Of a stretch of DNA of 64,000 nucleotides, positions 62,626-64,000 are shown in pieces; position 1 is the first letter of the stretch; each line of letters opens with the position of its first letter. Under the pieces are notes generated by a model. The model was not told the DNA's origin and searched no databases. It saw only the letters and a program-made list of their open reading frames with translations. Position numbers and translations under genes: made by a program. The stretch comes from Octopus sinensis (Eukaryota): the NCBI RefSeq assembly GCF_006345805.1, contig NC_043025.1, positions 5,890,001-5,954,000 on the forward strand. Direction: 5' to 3'.

Positions 62626-63250
62626 CAAGGGTTCTCAACTATTTCTTATCTATGGACCCCTTCAATTACTATTTTAATCTGGTGGACCCTCATAGCCATT
62701 CGATGTTTAAGAATTAGTTTTATAGAAACTTCTTTCAAAATTCCTATTTTGTTTTCCACACATTAACTTGTGTAGGTTGAACAATGTAAAATGTTGGAGA
62801 AAGAAACCCAGCTGTTTCTTGCAATACATACCAATACAGACATCTAAAGCAGGGGTTCTCAACTATTTCTTATCTATGGACCCCTTTGATTACTATTTCA
62901 TTCTGGTGAACCCCTACAGCCATCCAATGTTTAAAAACTAGTTTTATAGAAACTTCTTTCAAAATTCCTATTTTGTTTTCCACACATTAACTTGTGTTGG
63001 TTGAACTATCGAAAATGTTAGAGAAGAAACCCAACTGTTTCTTGCAATACATAACCAATACATACATCTAAAGCAGGGGGTCTCAACTATTTCTTATCTA
63101 TGGACCCCTTTGATTACTATTTTATTCTGGTGGACCCCCATTCGATGTTTAATAACTAGTTTTATAGAAACTTCTTTCAAAATTCCTGTTTTGTTTCTCA
63201 CACATTAACTTGTGTAGGTTGAACTATGGAAAATGTTAGAGAAAGAAACC
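62626..63250 (+). mobile_element. hAT-type MITE tandem (3 units of 224 bp), left end
   Basis: TIR-like starts at 62626, 62850 and 63074; same family as 54803-55774. Confidence 0.65.
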
Positions 63251-63297
63251 GGGTCTTTTCCATCTCAAGCACAGATTTTCTGATTAATTTTTTTTAA

Positions 63298-63516
63298 CCC
63301 TTTTGATACCAACCCGGCTGAAACCGGCTCTGGCTCTGAGTACAAATGTCTTGTTTTCATAAGTTTGAATTAAAATCTTCCACCAATCCTTAGTCATAAT
63401 TTATATTCCTAACACTAGCCGAATGATAGCCAAGTTATTTTACTAAATTCTTTGTTATATCTAAAATAATTGAGAGAAACACAGAGCATCCCAAAATAAA
63501 TACATTAACAAAAGGG
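63298..63516. mobile_element. piggyBac-type MITE
   Basis: TTAA|CCCTTTTG...CAAAAGGG|TTAA, with TTAA at 63294-63297 and 63517-63520. Confidence 0.8.
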
Positions 63517-64000
63517 TTAACTAAACACTTTGAAACTTCGGATACCCAAACCGGTCTTCTGTTTCTTGAAATACATATCAATACATACATCTAAGACAGG
63601 GGTTCTCTGAAGTGACATCATACATTTTACTTGTTCATTCTCTCTTTCTAATAAATATCTAACTCTCTTTTTCTCTCTCTGTTTCTCTTTCTGTCTTGTC
63701 TCAAATATCACGACATACTTTTCATACACCTATTATCACCATCATCACCTTGCACGCGTGCCTGCGTATGTATATCTGTTACTCTTTCTCATCGCAGATA
63801 TCACATTACTTTTGATATATCAACACAGTCATGACCTCTATGGTCTAAAATATATTTTCCACGACACCTCTGCATTTGTGTCTCTCTTTCTCTCTTTTTA
63901 CTTGTTTCAGTCATTTTGACTGTGGCCATGCTGGAGCACCGCCTTTAGTCGAGCAAATCGACCCCAGGACTTATTCTTTGTAAGCCTAGTACTTATTCTA

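Overview
Eukaryotic, AT-rich, repeat-saturated window with a 100-N assembly gap at 44108-44207. The SINE repertoire and microsatellite load look like a coleoid cephalopod (Octopus) genome; this is inference from recalled repeat motifs, not a search. No intact host gene is visible, and almost every ORF in the track is a microsatellite or minisatellite artefact. The only convincing protein-coding remnants are retrotransposon 3' ends: an R4/Dong-type restriction-like endonuclease (42551-43121) and CR1/L2-type LINE ends. There is one well-spliced candidate exon (39194-39361, minus strand). The DNA is built from at least four tRNA-derived SINE families, an RTE-tailed repeat, two Helitron families, hAT- and piggyBac-type MITEs, and SINE-derived satellites. 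The main unexplained signal is a dense set of minimal type I hammerhead-ribozyme (HHR) motifs, about ten full motifs in several unrelated short repeat families. These include a near-canonical GUC motif, a U3-A8 covariant core, a back-to-back pair inside a 158-bp palindrome, and one downstream of a Pol III tRNA-type head. All folds were read by eye and none has been tested.
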